A DNA stretch of 64,000 nt from Prasinococcaceae sp. CCMP 1430 (Eukaryota > Plantae > Prasinodermophyta): NCBI GenBank assembly GCA_013416795.1, contig RQSC01001393.1, forward strand, positions 103,515 through 167,514, read 5' to 3'. Shown piece by piece: positions 24,401 to 35,018 of the stretch. How positions within the stretch are numbered: position 1 is the first letter of the stretch; the number at the start of each line of letters is the position of its first letter. The translations under genes and the position numbers were made by a program. The notes under the pieces were generated by a model that saw only the letters and a list, made by a program, of their open reading frames with translations, was not told where the DNA came from and searched no databases.

Positions 24401-27400
24401 CCAGCTCATTCGCGCTTCCGCACAACCCCCTGTACGGCTGCCACGCTGCGGTCACGTTGTAAAGCACGACGGCTGCACACAGTGCGAGGCAAGAGCCGAT
24501 ATTCGCCCCGAACATAGCTACGTTCCCGGCGAGTAGAAAGCGCACACACACGCTGAGCACGACGAAGTCTGCACGCACGAAAGAGGTGGGGCGCAGCACC
24601 CTGTCCTCCACCGGTAGCACCCTGAGTGCAAGCGAGAGGGAAAACGCCGTCGAAATCAGTGCGCACGGGACCATGAACAGATGTGCACCCTCCCAGCAGC
24701 GGGTGCTAGCGGCGGAGAGCACGAATGCGTACGGCCGGGCCGGGTCGAGATACCTGCACTCAAGTAGGGCGAAGCAGCATCGCCAGAGCGGCAATAGCAA
24801 GACGTTGAGAGCGTGCACACGGAAGATTCTGTCCCATGGCTGCGCTCCCCGCACCGCCGCCACGGCCGCAATCAAGGCCGGCTTCGTTCTCCTGCGCCAA
24901 CACGACACAAGCGGAAAGGAGTTGCATTTGCCGCCCCGCTTCGTTAAGTCGCCCCCGCTGCCGTCTGCACCAAACGCGCCTTTCGTCGGCGTCTGTACAT
25001 GTGCTTGGTCCCCAGTATGGACATAAGCGGCACCTGCAGCGCCGCGCTTGCTGGCGACCCATCGCGCACACACCGCGACCAAACAGATGAGGAAAAAGAG
25101 CGCAGGCAAGAAAAAGACGCTGCCTTCATTGGCGCCATCCCACGATAGAACGCGCATGACGATCAGTAGCGGCGCTGGCGCGTTGTCCACCGATCGGAAG
25201 CCACGCTGCCCGCAGAATGCGATCACGATCTGGAGTGCCACAACGCCATCGGTCACAGCGGTCAGATTCATGGTGACGCGCTGCGGCCGCGTCAGCACCA
25301 GGCTTTGCCGCAGCGCCAGCACGTCTCGAAGGATGTGCGCAGCGCGCAGTGAAGGCAGCGCCACCGGGTCGCGAGCTGCTCGTAGTCTTGTATCTGCTCT
25401 CCGTAGCACCGCCACGAACAGCAACAGCGAGATGATAGGCACGACCAATGCTGCGTAGAACGCGGTCGACACACACGCGGGGTGCCAGTCCACCAAGATG
25501 CTCGCGGTATGCGTCGCCTCCGTGCAGCCATCCGACACGTTGACACTGAGCGCGTACGACCCCACGACGTCAGGGCGGAAGCACATGCGAGACCCGTGGC
25601 CTGAAGTGTTGTGAGAGTCGCCCGGGAGGAAGTGAAGATCGCTCGCCTGTGTGCCGGCGTTGTATCCACCGTCGCAAGCAGCATCCTCGAGGATCGCACC
25701 CAGGGAAGGGGCTTGTAGGCTCCACGTGCTCGCAAAGGGGGCAGCGTCGAGCCACATGAGGTAGCTCATGGCGTCGCCATTTGTGTCAATGGACGTGCTC
25801 GCATCGAGACGAACGCGCGGGAAGCACGTCCTCCCATGCCAATCGAAGTCGAGCGTCGGGCGCAAGTCGGGTACGGGTGGGTCGTTGCACACCGCATCGA
25901 GCGCCACGAATGCGCTCTGATCGTTGCCCTCGCCCAGTGAGCAATCGAGCGCTTTGTACTCGACCCGGAGGACGTACGAGCCTTCCGTGTCTGGCGTGAA
26001 ACCGACACTCGCGCGAGAGGACCCGTCTGGTAGGCGCACAGGGTGGCGAACAGGGTCGTGCGTGTAGAACGTGGACGTTGGAGGGGCCTGGTGCACGTAC
26101 CAGTCTGGCCACAGCGGCGCCTCGTGCAGCGTCGGGAGAAGCTCGTACAGTGTCCCCTTTTTCGGCTCGGGGCGCTGCATCAGCACGTATGCGGATGCTC
26201 CGCTGACAGAGTCCTTGCGTTGCGGACTCCTAGTGACGACCGTCGCATCAAGGCCCTCGGAGAGGACCTGCTCCTGCACGCTCTCATCTAGCGTGTCAAA
26301 GGTCTCGAGTGGGTCGCGGTCAATGAAGGCCACAGCTCTGCCGAACTCGCCCACCACGCCGCTGCCGCCCCAGATGGCCTCCGGCTCGGCCAACGATGCT
26401 ACGATTGGCACGTAGGAGCAGTTTACGCGCAGCGACACGGTCACGCGCACATAGCGCGTGGGTGCTGCATCCCCCCACTGGTCCTTTGCGACGATGCCGA
26501 TCGTGTACGTGCTCTCCTCTGATTTGTATGGGACGTAGAAGAAAACGCTCGGGGGGGATGCCGTTGGATCCTCGGCGGTGACCTCATCGCGGATGTCCAA
26601 ACCGTCGCCTCTCCATTTGTACCCTACTTCGACGAGCCGATTGGTTTCTGGGGTAATCTCGTACGTCACAGGCAGGGCAGGGTCGTCAGGGTCGCTGGCG
26701 ACGACAGGGAAGGACACCAAATCGCCCATGTTTGCGTGGGTATGCTCAGGCGGTAGCGGATCACGCCAGACAGGGGCACGCGACTGGTCCAGCACGAGCA
26801 CGCTTACTGCATACGTGGTGTTGGCGCCAAGGGCGTCTGTGAGGCGTATGTCGAAGACGCGCCGCCCGGAACTTTCATAGTGTGCGTACCACGTAAGATT
26901 GCCGTCAGCTGTCAGCACTGCCCCAGCCAGGAGCTCGTCGCCCGGGACGAGCTCGTACTCGAACGCGTCGCCTTCTGGGTCCTCCGCGCGCAGTCGCGCT
27001 TCGAGCCACTCGCCCTCTCGAATGCTCGAAGGTATGCTCTTTTTGTCGAGTTTTGGCGCTTCGTTCGTGTCTGACACCGTAATCATAGTCGTGGCCTCCG
27101 ACGAGACGAGCCCGCGCGCATCTTGCGCGACTACACTGAGCGCAATGGTCGTCACGCCGACTGCGCGACTGACGGCCGTATACGGCACCGTCCATCTGAC
27201 GCGAGCGCGACAGAGCATCTGTTAGCGATGGAATCGACAAGAGGCGCGCGCTTGACGTGACGTGCGATGCGCCCGCGCCCCGACGCGGGCAGGGAGGAGC
27301 AAGCATTGTCGCAGGGCGCGGACGCGAGCATGTTGACCGCACCTGAGCACGCCTGTCACTCCGTTGAGCGTCGAGGACGGCGGCAGAGTCTCAGAAACTG

Positions 27401-29348
27401 CTGCGTACAACACCGCGTCCTCATCAGGGTCGTACGCCTCGTAGAGAAGGTCCGCTTCGTCGCCCTCGCGCACGCTTAGCTCGGCGACCGGAGTGGCGAT
27501 CCAGATTGGCGGCCGGTTGCGCTCAGCGAGGGACTCGCCCGTCTGGACGTCGACGCCGGTAGACACCGTCGCGGCGATGAGCCCCTCAACAGCGCCTTCG
27601 AATGCGGCCCGAGCAGACGCAATGGCTACGCTGGTGGCGTCGAACCTCTCCCCTTCTCCCTCTTCGTACTCGTACGCGCCAATGGAGGAGTCGTCGTCCT
27701 TGGGTGAGTACTCGAAGATAGTGTCATTTGTCAGCTCAGCGAGACGTTCGAGGCGGTCAATGTGCAGCTCCGCGGCGACCGCGTCCGCCTCGATACCCCA
27801 CGTGCGCACTCCTGCTGGCAGCGCGGCTCCGGCTTGCACGGCAAGCTGCACGCCGAGACCGATGCGAGCATACACATTCCCCACCAGACGCGCGTGTGCC
27901 ACATCGACATCCTCCAGCGACAAGTACGTAGCGTCCGCATCAGTCGCGTTGGTGTCACGATCCCTCACAGCTTCGGACGGGGGCGCTGGCTGCTCCGCCG
28001 GGGTGCTCGCACCCCCCTCCGGATCTCCCTCCTCCGTTTGCTCGCACATCACAGAAGAATTGCCGCCCGCTTGTGCCGACGCGTCGACGTCGCACGGTGG
28101 CAACGGCGGTGGTGCGGGTGGACCGTACTTTTCTGGATCCAGAAGCTCGTGCAGGTAGTCGCCGGGCTGCGCGTCCAGCAGCGGGTCGCTCAAGCCGCTG
28201 ATGACAAGCGCACCCGCGAGCATGAGCGCCTCACACGCACGAGCGTGTAACTCTCCACCACCGATCACGTACACGACAGCAGGCAGCTGGCCCGCGAGTC
28301 CCGCTCGCGAGGCGAGGAGCCCCACGAGCGACGCACCGTAGGGTGCGGAGGCCGCCGTGCGATCGGAGCTCAGCAGCTCGCCCGCCACCGCGTCGGCGCG
28401 CCCGACAGCGCCCAAGTCGTACACAAAGCAGCGCGCGCACTGCGCCTGGGCGCCGCCCACGAAGCCGTTCACGTGCCGCAGCACGCGCGCCGAGCTCGCT
28501 TCCCCTCCCGCCACCCCACCGAAGCCATCGCCAACAGCGAGCCCGACCGTCACGACCCCCGCGACGGCGCGCGCCTCACCCGCTAAGTGCCGCGCCAGCT
28601 CGCCCGCGGCGACGCCGGCTGCATACGCACCCGCGTCCTCGCGCAGGATGTGCCACTGCGATCGATAGTAATCGCCGAGCAGCCCGTCCGCTGGCGGCGC
28701 GCCCCAGCCGCCCACCACGAAGAGGTCGCTTGTGCGGATGCCCTCAAGCGAGGCGCCGCGCGGCGGCCCGAACGCGGCGCGCACGCGGGTCGCATCGACC
28801 GCGTCGGCCGCAGCCGCAGCAACAGCAGTGGCATTGCAGCCCTCGAGCGCCGCTGCGTAGCGCGCGTCGCGCGCGGCGTCCTCGCCGCCCTCGGGGACGT
28901 CCGAGGCGCCGAGCGGCGCGAGCAGCGCGTCGGCATCCACTTCAATGGCGTCGCACCCGGCGAAGGCGCACGCCGCGCGCGCGCCCCGAAGAGCCTCCAC
29001 GGAGGCCAGCGCGCGCCGCGCGAAGGTGGCATTTTGCGCCTGCATGGGCACGCGCGCGGCGCGCAACCGAGGGGGCGACACGCCGCTCGCGTTGCGGCGG
29101 GAGCGCGCGAGGGGGTCAGCACGGTGCGCCGCCGGCGCCTCCGCACCCGCAGCAGCTCGGACGCGGCGCTCCCCGGCGTGCCAATCCGCGCGCCGCGGAG
29201 GCGGCGCGCTCGAGCTCCCGCTCGACGCTGCCGGCGCCCGCGCACCTCCGAGTATCCTTCCGCCCCGCGTTCCGCTCCCAGCCGCTCGCCGACGACCACG
29301 CACAGCCTGAGCTCGCCGGCCGCTCGCGCGGCCGCCGGCGGCGACCCC
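21483..29348 (-). CDS. Giant (>2500 aa) receptor-like membrane protein: BMP/PnrA-like ligand-binding domain, 3 cadherin-like Ig repeats, PKD-like domain, about 8 TM helices, cytoplasmic ARM-like repeats; 5' end in N gap
   Basis: Intron 27342-27196 (AG|GTGCGG..CGTCAG|A) joins the 27222 and 21483 ORFs in frame (VLRWTVPY). AYAAGVAAG..VLRHVNGFVGGAQ is BMP-like; NxPP..EG..AxDPDxD..Y repeats are cadherin-like; a hydrophobic helix cluster at about 25500-24250; helical repeats at the C-terminus. Confidence 0.8.
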
Positions 29349-29560
29349 NNNNNNNNNNNNNNNNNNNNNNNNNNNNNNNNNNNNNNNNNNNNNNNNNNNN
29401 NNNNNNNNNNNNNNNNNNNNNNNNNNNNNNNNNNNNNNNNNNNNNNNNNNNNNNNNNNNNNNNNNNNNNNNNNNNNNNNNNNNNNNNNNNNNNNNNNNNN
29501 NNNNNNNNNNNNNNNNNNNNNNNNNNNNNNNNNNNNNNNNNNNNNNNNNNNNNNNNNNNN
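29349..29560. other. Assembly gap (N run)
   Basis: Run of N; hides the 5' end of the receptor gene and the 3' end of SERF. Confidence 0.99.
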
Positions 29561-29697
29561 GGGGGCGAGGCGCGTCTCGGAGGGTGTGGGGAGGGCGGCG
29601 GGCTGTGTGTGGGGGGGGGGGGTGGGCGCTCGCGCGCGCGCTCGCGCGCTCGCGCGCGCGCTCACGCGCACGCTCGCTCGCGCTCGCGCGCGCGCAC

Positions 29698-30250
29698 CTG
29701 CGTGCCGGCCAGCTGGCGGTGCTTCTTCTCCTCCTTGAGCTTCTTCTTGCGCGCCTCCTCGGCGGCGAGCGCGGCCGGGTCGGCGTTGGCCTTGGCCGCG
29801 TCCTTGGCGGCCTTCTTCTCCGCCATGCGCTTGGCGTCCCTGCGCGAGCGCGGAGCGCGAGTGCGGGCGCGTGCGGGCGCGTGCGGGTGCGCACATGGGC
29901 GCGAGTGGGTGCGCGTGCGTGCGCGTGTGCGCGGGTGTGCGCGCGTGCGCGACCGTGCGTGCGCGTGTGAGCGCGCGCCTTGGACAAGCGCGAGGGCGGC
30001 ACGCGCGAGGGCAGGCGGCGCCGCTGCGCGCGCGAGGCGAGGTGAGGCCCGCTCGCGAGCGAGCGCGAGCGCGAGCACGGCATGCATGCCGGCGTGCGAG
30101 CTCGGGCGAGCGCACGCGCGAGCGCACGCACCGCTCCCTGACTTGCGCGGGCGTCAGGTTCTTGTTCTCGTCGGACTTGCCCTTGCCCTTGGCCGCCTGC
30201 TTCTTGAGGTTCTTCTCGCGCGACTGATCGCGCGACAGCCCGCGCGCCAT
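29698..30250 (-). CDS. SERF/4F5-family small basic protein (exons 30250-30132 and 29840-29698; 3' end probably in N gap)
   Basis: MARGLSRDQSREKNLKKQAAKGK..LTPAQVRER|DAKRMAEKKAAK matches the SERF pattern (MARG.QR..AR.KN.KK...ERDA..M.EK). Confidence 0.82.
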
Positions 30251-30340
30251 GACGGGCGGCGGCGGCCGCGGCCGCGGGAGCTCGGGCTCGAGCTCGCGCG
30301 CGCGAGGTGACCGCGACGGGACGCGCTGTGGCGCGCGCCC

Positions 30341-30376
<36 letters not shown>

Positions 30377-30919
30377 CCCCACCCATCCCCACCCCGCGCC
30401 CACACCACACGCGCACCAGCGCACGCGCCCGCGCACCCACGCGACTCCTCGAACCCTATTTACATTACCCCATACAGTATATGACACAGTTCGGGTTTAC
30501 CTTCGTTTTGATGCGGTCCCGCCCCCCACGGAATCCGCCAGCCTGCGAGCCGCCGCGCGCACGAGCGCGCGCGGAACCCACTTTACTCTTCTTTTTACAC
30601 CTAATACGCGCGTATGGATTCGTTCATAAAAAACGTAATAAACATGTGGATTCCGTGGAACCCGCCCGCGCGCCGCCCGCGGCGCGCGCGCGCGCGCGCG
30701 CCGGGGCGACGGCGCCGCGCCGCATTCGTTGCGATCGAATAATTCGAATCCGCCAAGTCGCCTCGTACATACATCAACGCCTTATAGAGGCTCCCAAACG
30801 ACGGTTACGTTCGACGAAATTCCCGCACGCGGACGCACCGCGGCGCGCGGCGCTCCGGGGCATTCGCGTGGCACAACCGCCGTTTTGGGAGCCTCGGCGA
30901 GATGCCGCGCGACGTCGCG

Positions 30920-31307
30920 AAACGAATCGTCGCATTCGATTTCGACGCACGCTCCTTACGTCGGCTGCTTTTCCGGATTCATTGGTCATTTGCGCGGCAA
31001 CAAGCGGTTTTTTTCGGCCTCGAAAAGATGTTGAGAAAGGTCTCTAAACGAACGTTCGGAGGCGATTTCGACGCACGCTCCTTTCGCCGGCTGCTTTTTC
31101 CGGATTGAGCGGGCATTCGCGCGGCAACAAGCGTTTTTCCCGGCCTCGAAGAGATGCTGTAAAAGGTCTCGAAACGAACGTTCGGAGGCGGTTTCGGCGC
31201 ACAGCGCCCCCCGTCGGCTGCTTTTCCGGATTGATTTTGCATTTGCGCGGCAACAAGCGTTTTTTTGTCGGCCTCGAAGAGATGCTGTGAGAGCGCGCGA
31301 AACGGAA
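30920..31307. repeat. 126-bp tandem satellite, 3 copies plus partial
   Basis: Unit starts at 30938, 31064 and 31190 (GATTTCGACGCAC..CGGCTGCTTTTCCGGATT..GCGCGGCAACAAGCG..GGCCTCGAAGAGATG). Confidence 0.88.
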
Positions 31308-31437
31308 AAATTCCAGTTTCCGAGATTTTTGGGGCCAGAAATCCCAGTTTTCGAGGTTACAGTACGCTAATAAATTTGGTGCCGAAAATCTCGAAAACTG
31401 GAATTTCTGGTCCCAAAAACCTCGGAAACTGGAATTT
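31308..31437. repeat. 48-bp inverted repeat (hairpin/foldback, MITE-like)
   Basis: Arm 31308-31355 is the reverse complement of arm 31390-31437 with 3 mismatches; 34-nt loop. Confidence 0.85.
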
Positions 31438-31550
31438 CCCGTCTCGAAACGAACGTTCGGGGTCGGTTTCGGCGCGCGGCGCGCGAACGGCGGCCCGAAG
31501 GGGGGGGGAGCCGCCGGCGTCGCCCCGCCCGCGTGGCACACACGGCGCGC

Positions 31551-32381
31551 NNNNNNNNNNNNNNNNNNNNNNNNNNNNNNNNNNNNNNNNNNNNNNNNNN
31601 NNNNNNNNNNNNNNNNNNNNNNNNNNNNNNNNNNNNNNNNNNNNNNNNNNNNNNNNNNNNNNNNNNNNNNNNNNNNNNNNNNNNNNNNNNNNNNNNNNNN
31701 NNNNNNNNNNNNNNNNNNNNNNNNNNNNNNNNNNNNNNNNNNNNNNNNNNNNNNNNNNNNNNNNNNNNNNNNNNNNNNNNNNNNNNNNNNNNNNNNNNNN
31801 NNNNNNNNNNNNNNNNNNNNNNNNNNNNNNNNNNNNNNNNNNNNNNNNNNNNNNNNNNNNNNNNNNNNNNNNNNNNNNNNNNNNNNNNNNNNNNNNNNNN
31901 NNNNNNNNNNNNNNNNNNNNNNNNNNNNNNNNNNNNNNNNNNNNNNNNNNNNNNNNNNNNNNNNNNNNNNNNNNNNNNNNNNNNNNNNNNNNNNNNNNNN
32001 NNNNNNNNNNNNNNNNNNNNNNNNNNNNNNNNNNNNNNNNNNNNNNNNNNNNNNNNNNNNNNNNNNNNNNNNNNNNNNNNNNNNNNNNNNNNNNNNNNNN
32101 NNNNNNNNNNNNNNNNNNNNNNNNNNNNNNNNNNNNNNNNNNNNNNNNNNNNNNNNNNNNNNNNNNNNNNNNNNNNNNNNNNNNNNNNNNNNNNNNNNNN
32201 NNNNNNNNNNNNNNNNNNNNNNNNNNNNNNNNNNNNNNNNNNNNNNNNNNNNNNNNNNNNNNNNNNNNNNNNNNNNNNNNNNNNNNNNNNNNNNNNNNNN
32301 NNNNNNNNNNNNNNNNNNNNNNNNNNNNNNNNNNNNNNNNNNNNNNNNNNNNNNNNNNNNNNNNNNNNNNNNNNNNNNNNN
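31551..32381. other. Assembly gap (N run)
   Basis: Run of N; hides the 5' exon of the Alfin-like gene. Confidence 0.99.
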
Positions 32382-32610
32382 NGCACGCACGCGGGGCGGC
32401 GGGCCGCTCGGCCCGGGACCCCGGCAACCCCGGCTGGGGCCGTACCAGTGACTCGCTCGGGGCGGGCACCCGACGCCTCGCGCGCGGTCGGCGAGCGCCG
32501 CGGAGTGTGCCCGCGGAGCGCGGTGCGCTGACCCCTGCCGCGCCTTGCGCCCCCTCGCCGTGGGCCCCGTCCCCCGCTCTCCCTACCTGCTGCCCCGACC
32601 GCGCCCGCAG

Positions 32611-34257
32611 GTGTCCGCGCTCAAAGCGGCGTGCGGCGATCAGAGCCGAGTGCTCTGCCTGTTCGCGCACGACGACGGGCGCTGGACGGTGGACGAACCC
32701 AGCCCGCAGGTGCCGCCCGATCTGCCCGAGCCTGTGCTCGGGATCAACCTCGTGCTGCCCGCGATGCACGAGGCCAACTGGCTCGACTTTCTCGCCGCAC
32801 ACAGCGAGGCCTGGCTGCTGAGCACGGCCATGTTCCGCGCGGCGCAGTGCCGACCCCCGTGCGGCAAGGACGAGCGGCGGGCGCTCTTCCACGCCATCAA
32901 CGGCGGCCCCTCGCTGGTGGACGAGGTGCGCCGCGCCAATGGGACCATGCCAGCCGCGCCGCCCCAGCAGCAGGCCGGGGGCGCCGGTGCTGCCGCGGCC
33001 GGCGGAGATTCTGCGGCCGGGGAAGGCAAGGTCGGCGGCGGCAAGGCCGCCAAACAGAGCAAGAAAGCCAGCAAGGAGAAATCAGCCGCGGCCAAGCTGC
33101 GGAAGGCAGCAGAGCAGCAGCAGGAGGAGGCAAGAAAGATCAACCCCAACGCCAGAATCGATCCGGAGGAGGAGTGGTGGTTCGACCCCACGCGTAACGA
33201 GAACACGTGCCGCGTGTGCAGGAAAATCTACCGCAAGGGCGAGTTCTGGATCTGCTGCGACAAGTGCGAGGCGTGGTTCCACGGCTCGTGCGTGGGCATG
33301 ACCGAGGAGCGCTCGCTACAGATGGATCACTTCTACGGCCCACCAGGCGCGTGCTGCGTGCCACTGCAGAGCCGAGCGGAGGCCAGCGTGCCGTACTGCA
33401 AACCGACCCACGACAATGGCGACGACAAGGGCAGCGGCGACGGAGCAGGCGGCGGCGGGGCAGGCGGCGGCGGGGCGGGCGGCGGCAGCAGCGGTGGCGG
33501 CGACGCGAACGGTCACCACAGCGGCGCTGGCGCCAATGGCGCTACCGCCGACGGTGACGGTGGCAACACCGACGCGGATGCCGGTGGCGCCGACGCCGGC
33601 GGGGCAGGCACCAGCGCTGGTGGGGACGGCAGCGGAGGCGGCGCAGCGGCGACGCAAGGGGATGATAATAAGGCTGCAACTGCGTCGGGGGAAGGAAGAG
33701 CCGAGGACGCTGGCGGCGCCCAGAGGGACGGCCCAGTCGCCACCACCGCTGCTGGCGTCGATGCGCCTGCTGATAAGGGCGCCGGAGGGAGCGTGGCTGC
33801 GACGAAGAAAGCTGGGAGCGATGGCGGCACGACCACGCCGGCCGACGGCGAGGATTCAGCCCGTGGCGCCGATGGAGCTGGCGCTAGCAAAGAGCGAGCG
33901 GCTGCCGCTGCCCAGGTGGGGAAGAGGAAAAGAGCAGCGGAGGGCGAGGCTGAGCCCTCGAGGGAAGGTGGGACGGCGCCGTCGACGGCGCCGTCGTCAA
34001 CGAGAGTGGCAGCCTCAGCCAATGGCGGCGCATCGATCTCGAATGGCGCGCGTGCCAAAGGCGCTGCAGCGGCCGTTGCATCCGCCGGCGAGGTCTCCTT
34101 AATAGCTGCCAAGGCGCTCGAGGCCGCCCTCGAGGCTGAGGACGCTGACGTAGGTGTGGGGAGTGCCGACGAGATGGACGGTGGCCTCTCGGACTTGCCG
34201 GCCGACGCCGCTGGTGCACTCGCGGGCGCGCTCGGCATGCCTACGCTCTGGGCGTGA
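32611..34257 (+). CDS. Alfin-like PHD-finger protein (Alfin/PAL domain + PHD); 5' exon in N gap
   Basis: VPPDLPEPVLGINL..MHEANWLDFLAAHSEAWLLS (Alfin domain); CRVCRKIYRKGEFWICCDKCEAWFHGSCV (PHD); CGCAG acceptor at about 32610. Confidence 0.92.
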   Translation: MSALKAACGDQSRVLCLFAHDDGRWTVDEPSPQVPPDLPEPVLGINLVLPAMHEANWLDFLAAHSEAWLLSTAMFRAAQCRPPCGKDERRALFHAINGGPSLVDEVRRANGTMPAAPPQQQAGGAGAAAAGGDSAAGEGKVGGGKAAKQSKKASKEKSAAAKLRKAAEQQQEEARKINPNARIDPEEEWWFDPTRNENTCRVCRKIYRKGEFWICCDKCEAWFHGSCVGMTEERSLQMDHFYGPPGACCVPLQSRAEASVPYCKPTHDNGDDKGSGDGAGGGGAGGGGAGGGSSGGGDANGHHSGAGANGATADGDGGNTDADAGGADAGGAGTSAGGDGSGGGAAATQGDDNKAATASGEGRAEDAGGAQRDGPVATTAAGVDAPADKGAGGSVAATKKAGSDGGTTTPADGEDSARGADGAGASKERAAAAAQVGKRKRAAEGEAEPSREGGTAPSTAPSSTRVAASANGGASISNGARAKGAAAAVASAGEVSLIAAKALEAALEAEDADVGVGSADEMDGGLSDLPADAAGALAGALGMPTLWA

Positions 34258-34389
34258 GGCCCGTGGCGACTTCTTGCTATGCAGGTGCCTACCAGGCCAT
34301 CTCAGCAGTGCGAGCTCCTCGGACCGCACTCCATGTCTCACGGGGCTCGAAGCGCGAGCGCTCTTCCTCGCACGCGCGCACGCGCGCGC

Positions 34390-34420
<31 letters not shown>

Positions 34421-35018
34421 TTACGCGCATCAGCGTGCGCAAATCATTTAGGTCGCTGCCGCGCGCTCGCTGTCGCTCCGGGCACGCGAGTGAGGGCGGA
34501 ACTCTCGGCATTGGGAAAGGCGGCGTCCGTGGGACGCGCGCGCGACGCGCGTGAACCTGCTTCATGTGCGGTTAATCGCCTGCTTTGATCCGCTCACTTC
34601 CTCGCACTGCCTGCCTGACGCGGGCCCCGCCCGCGAGGCTTGCTCAGCCGCCCCCTTGCCATCCGCCTCACCGGCCTCCACCTACCGCGTACCGCGCGGC
34701 GAGGCGAGGCGAGGCGAGGGAACGCTGCGCGAGGCGCCCCGCGCGCCTGTGCCCCACCCCCGGTGAGAATTCCAATGAGAGAGAGAGAAAAAAAAAACGC
34801 CGCTGCGCTGCAGCCTCCGGGCACGCTCGCAGGAGGGGGAGGGGGCATGCAGCACGCGAGGGCACGCCGCGGAGGCCGAGCTGTGCGCGTGGCGGGCCCG
34901 CGATCACGCGTCTGTGCGGCGGGGGGGCGCGGCGAGGCGGGGTCGTGCTCGGCGCGCTCCCGGTTGGGCGCTTTGACCGGTCCGCCGCGCTGCGGGTGCG
35001 CGGCGCCGGGAAAATGCG

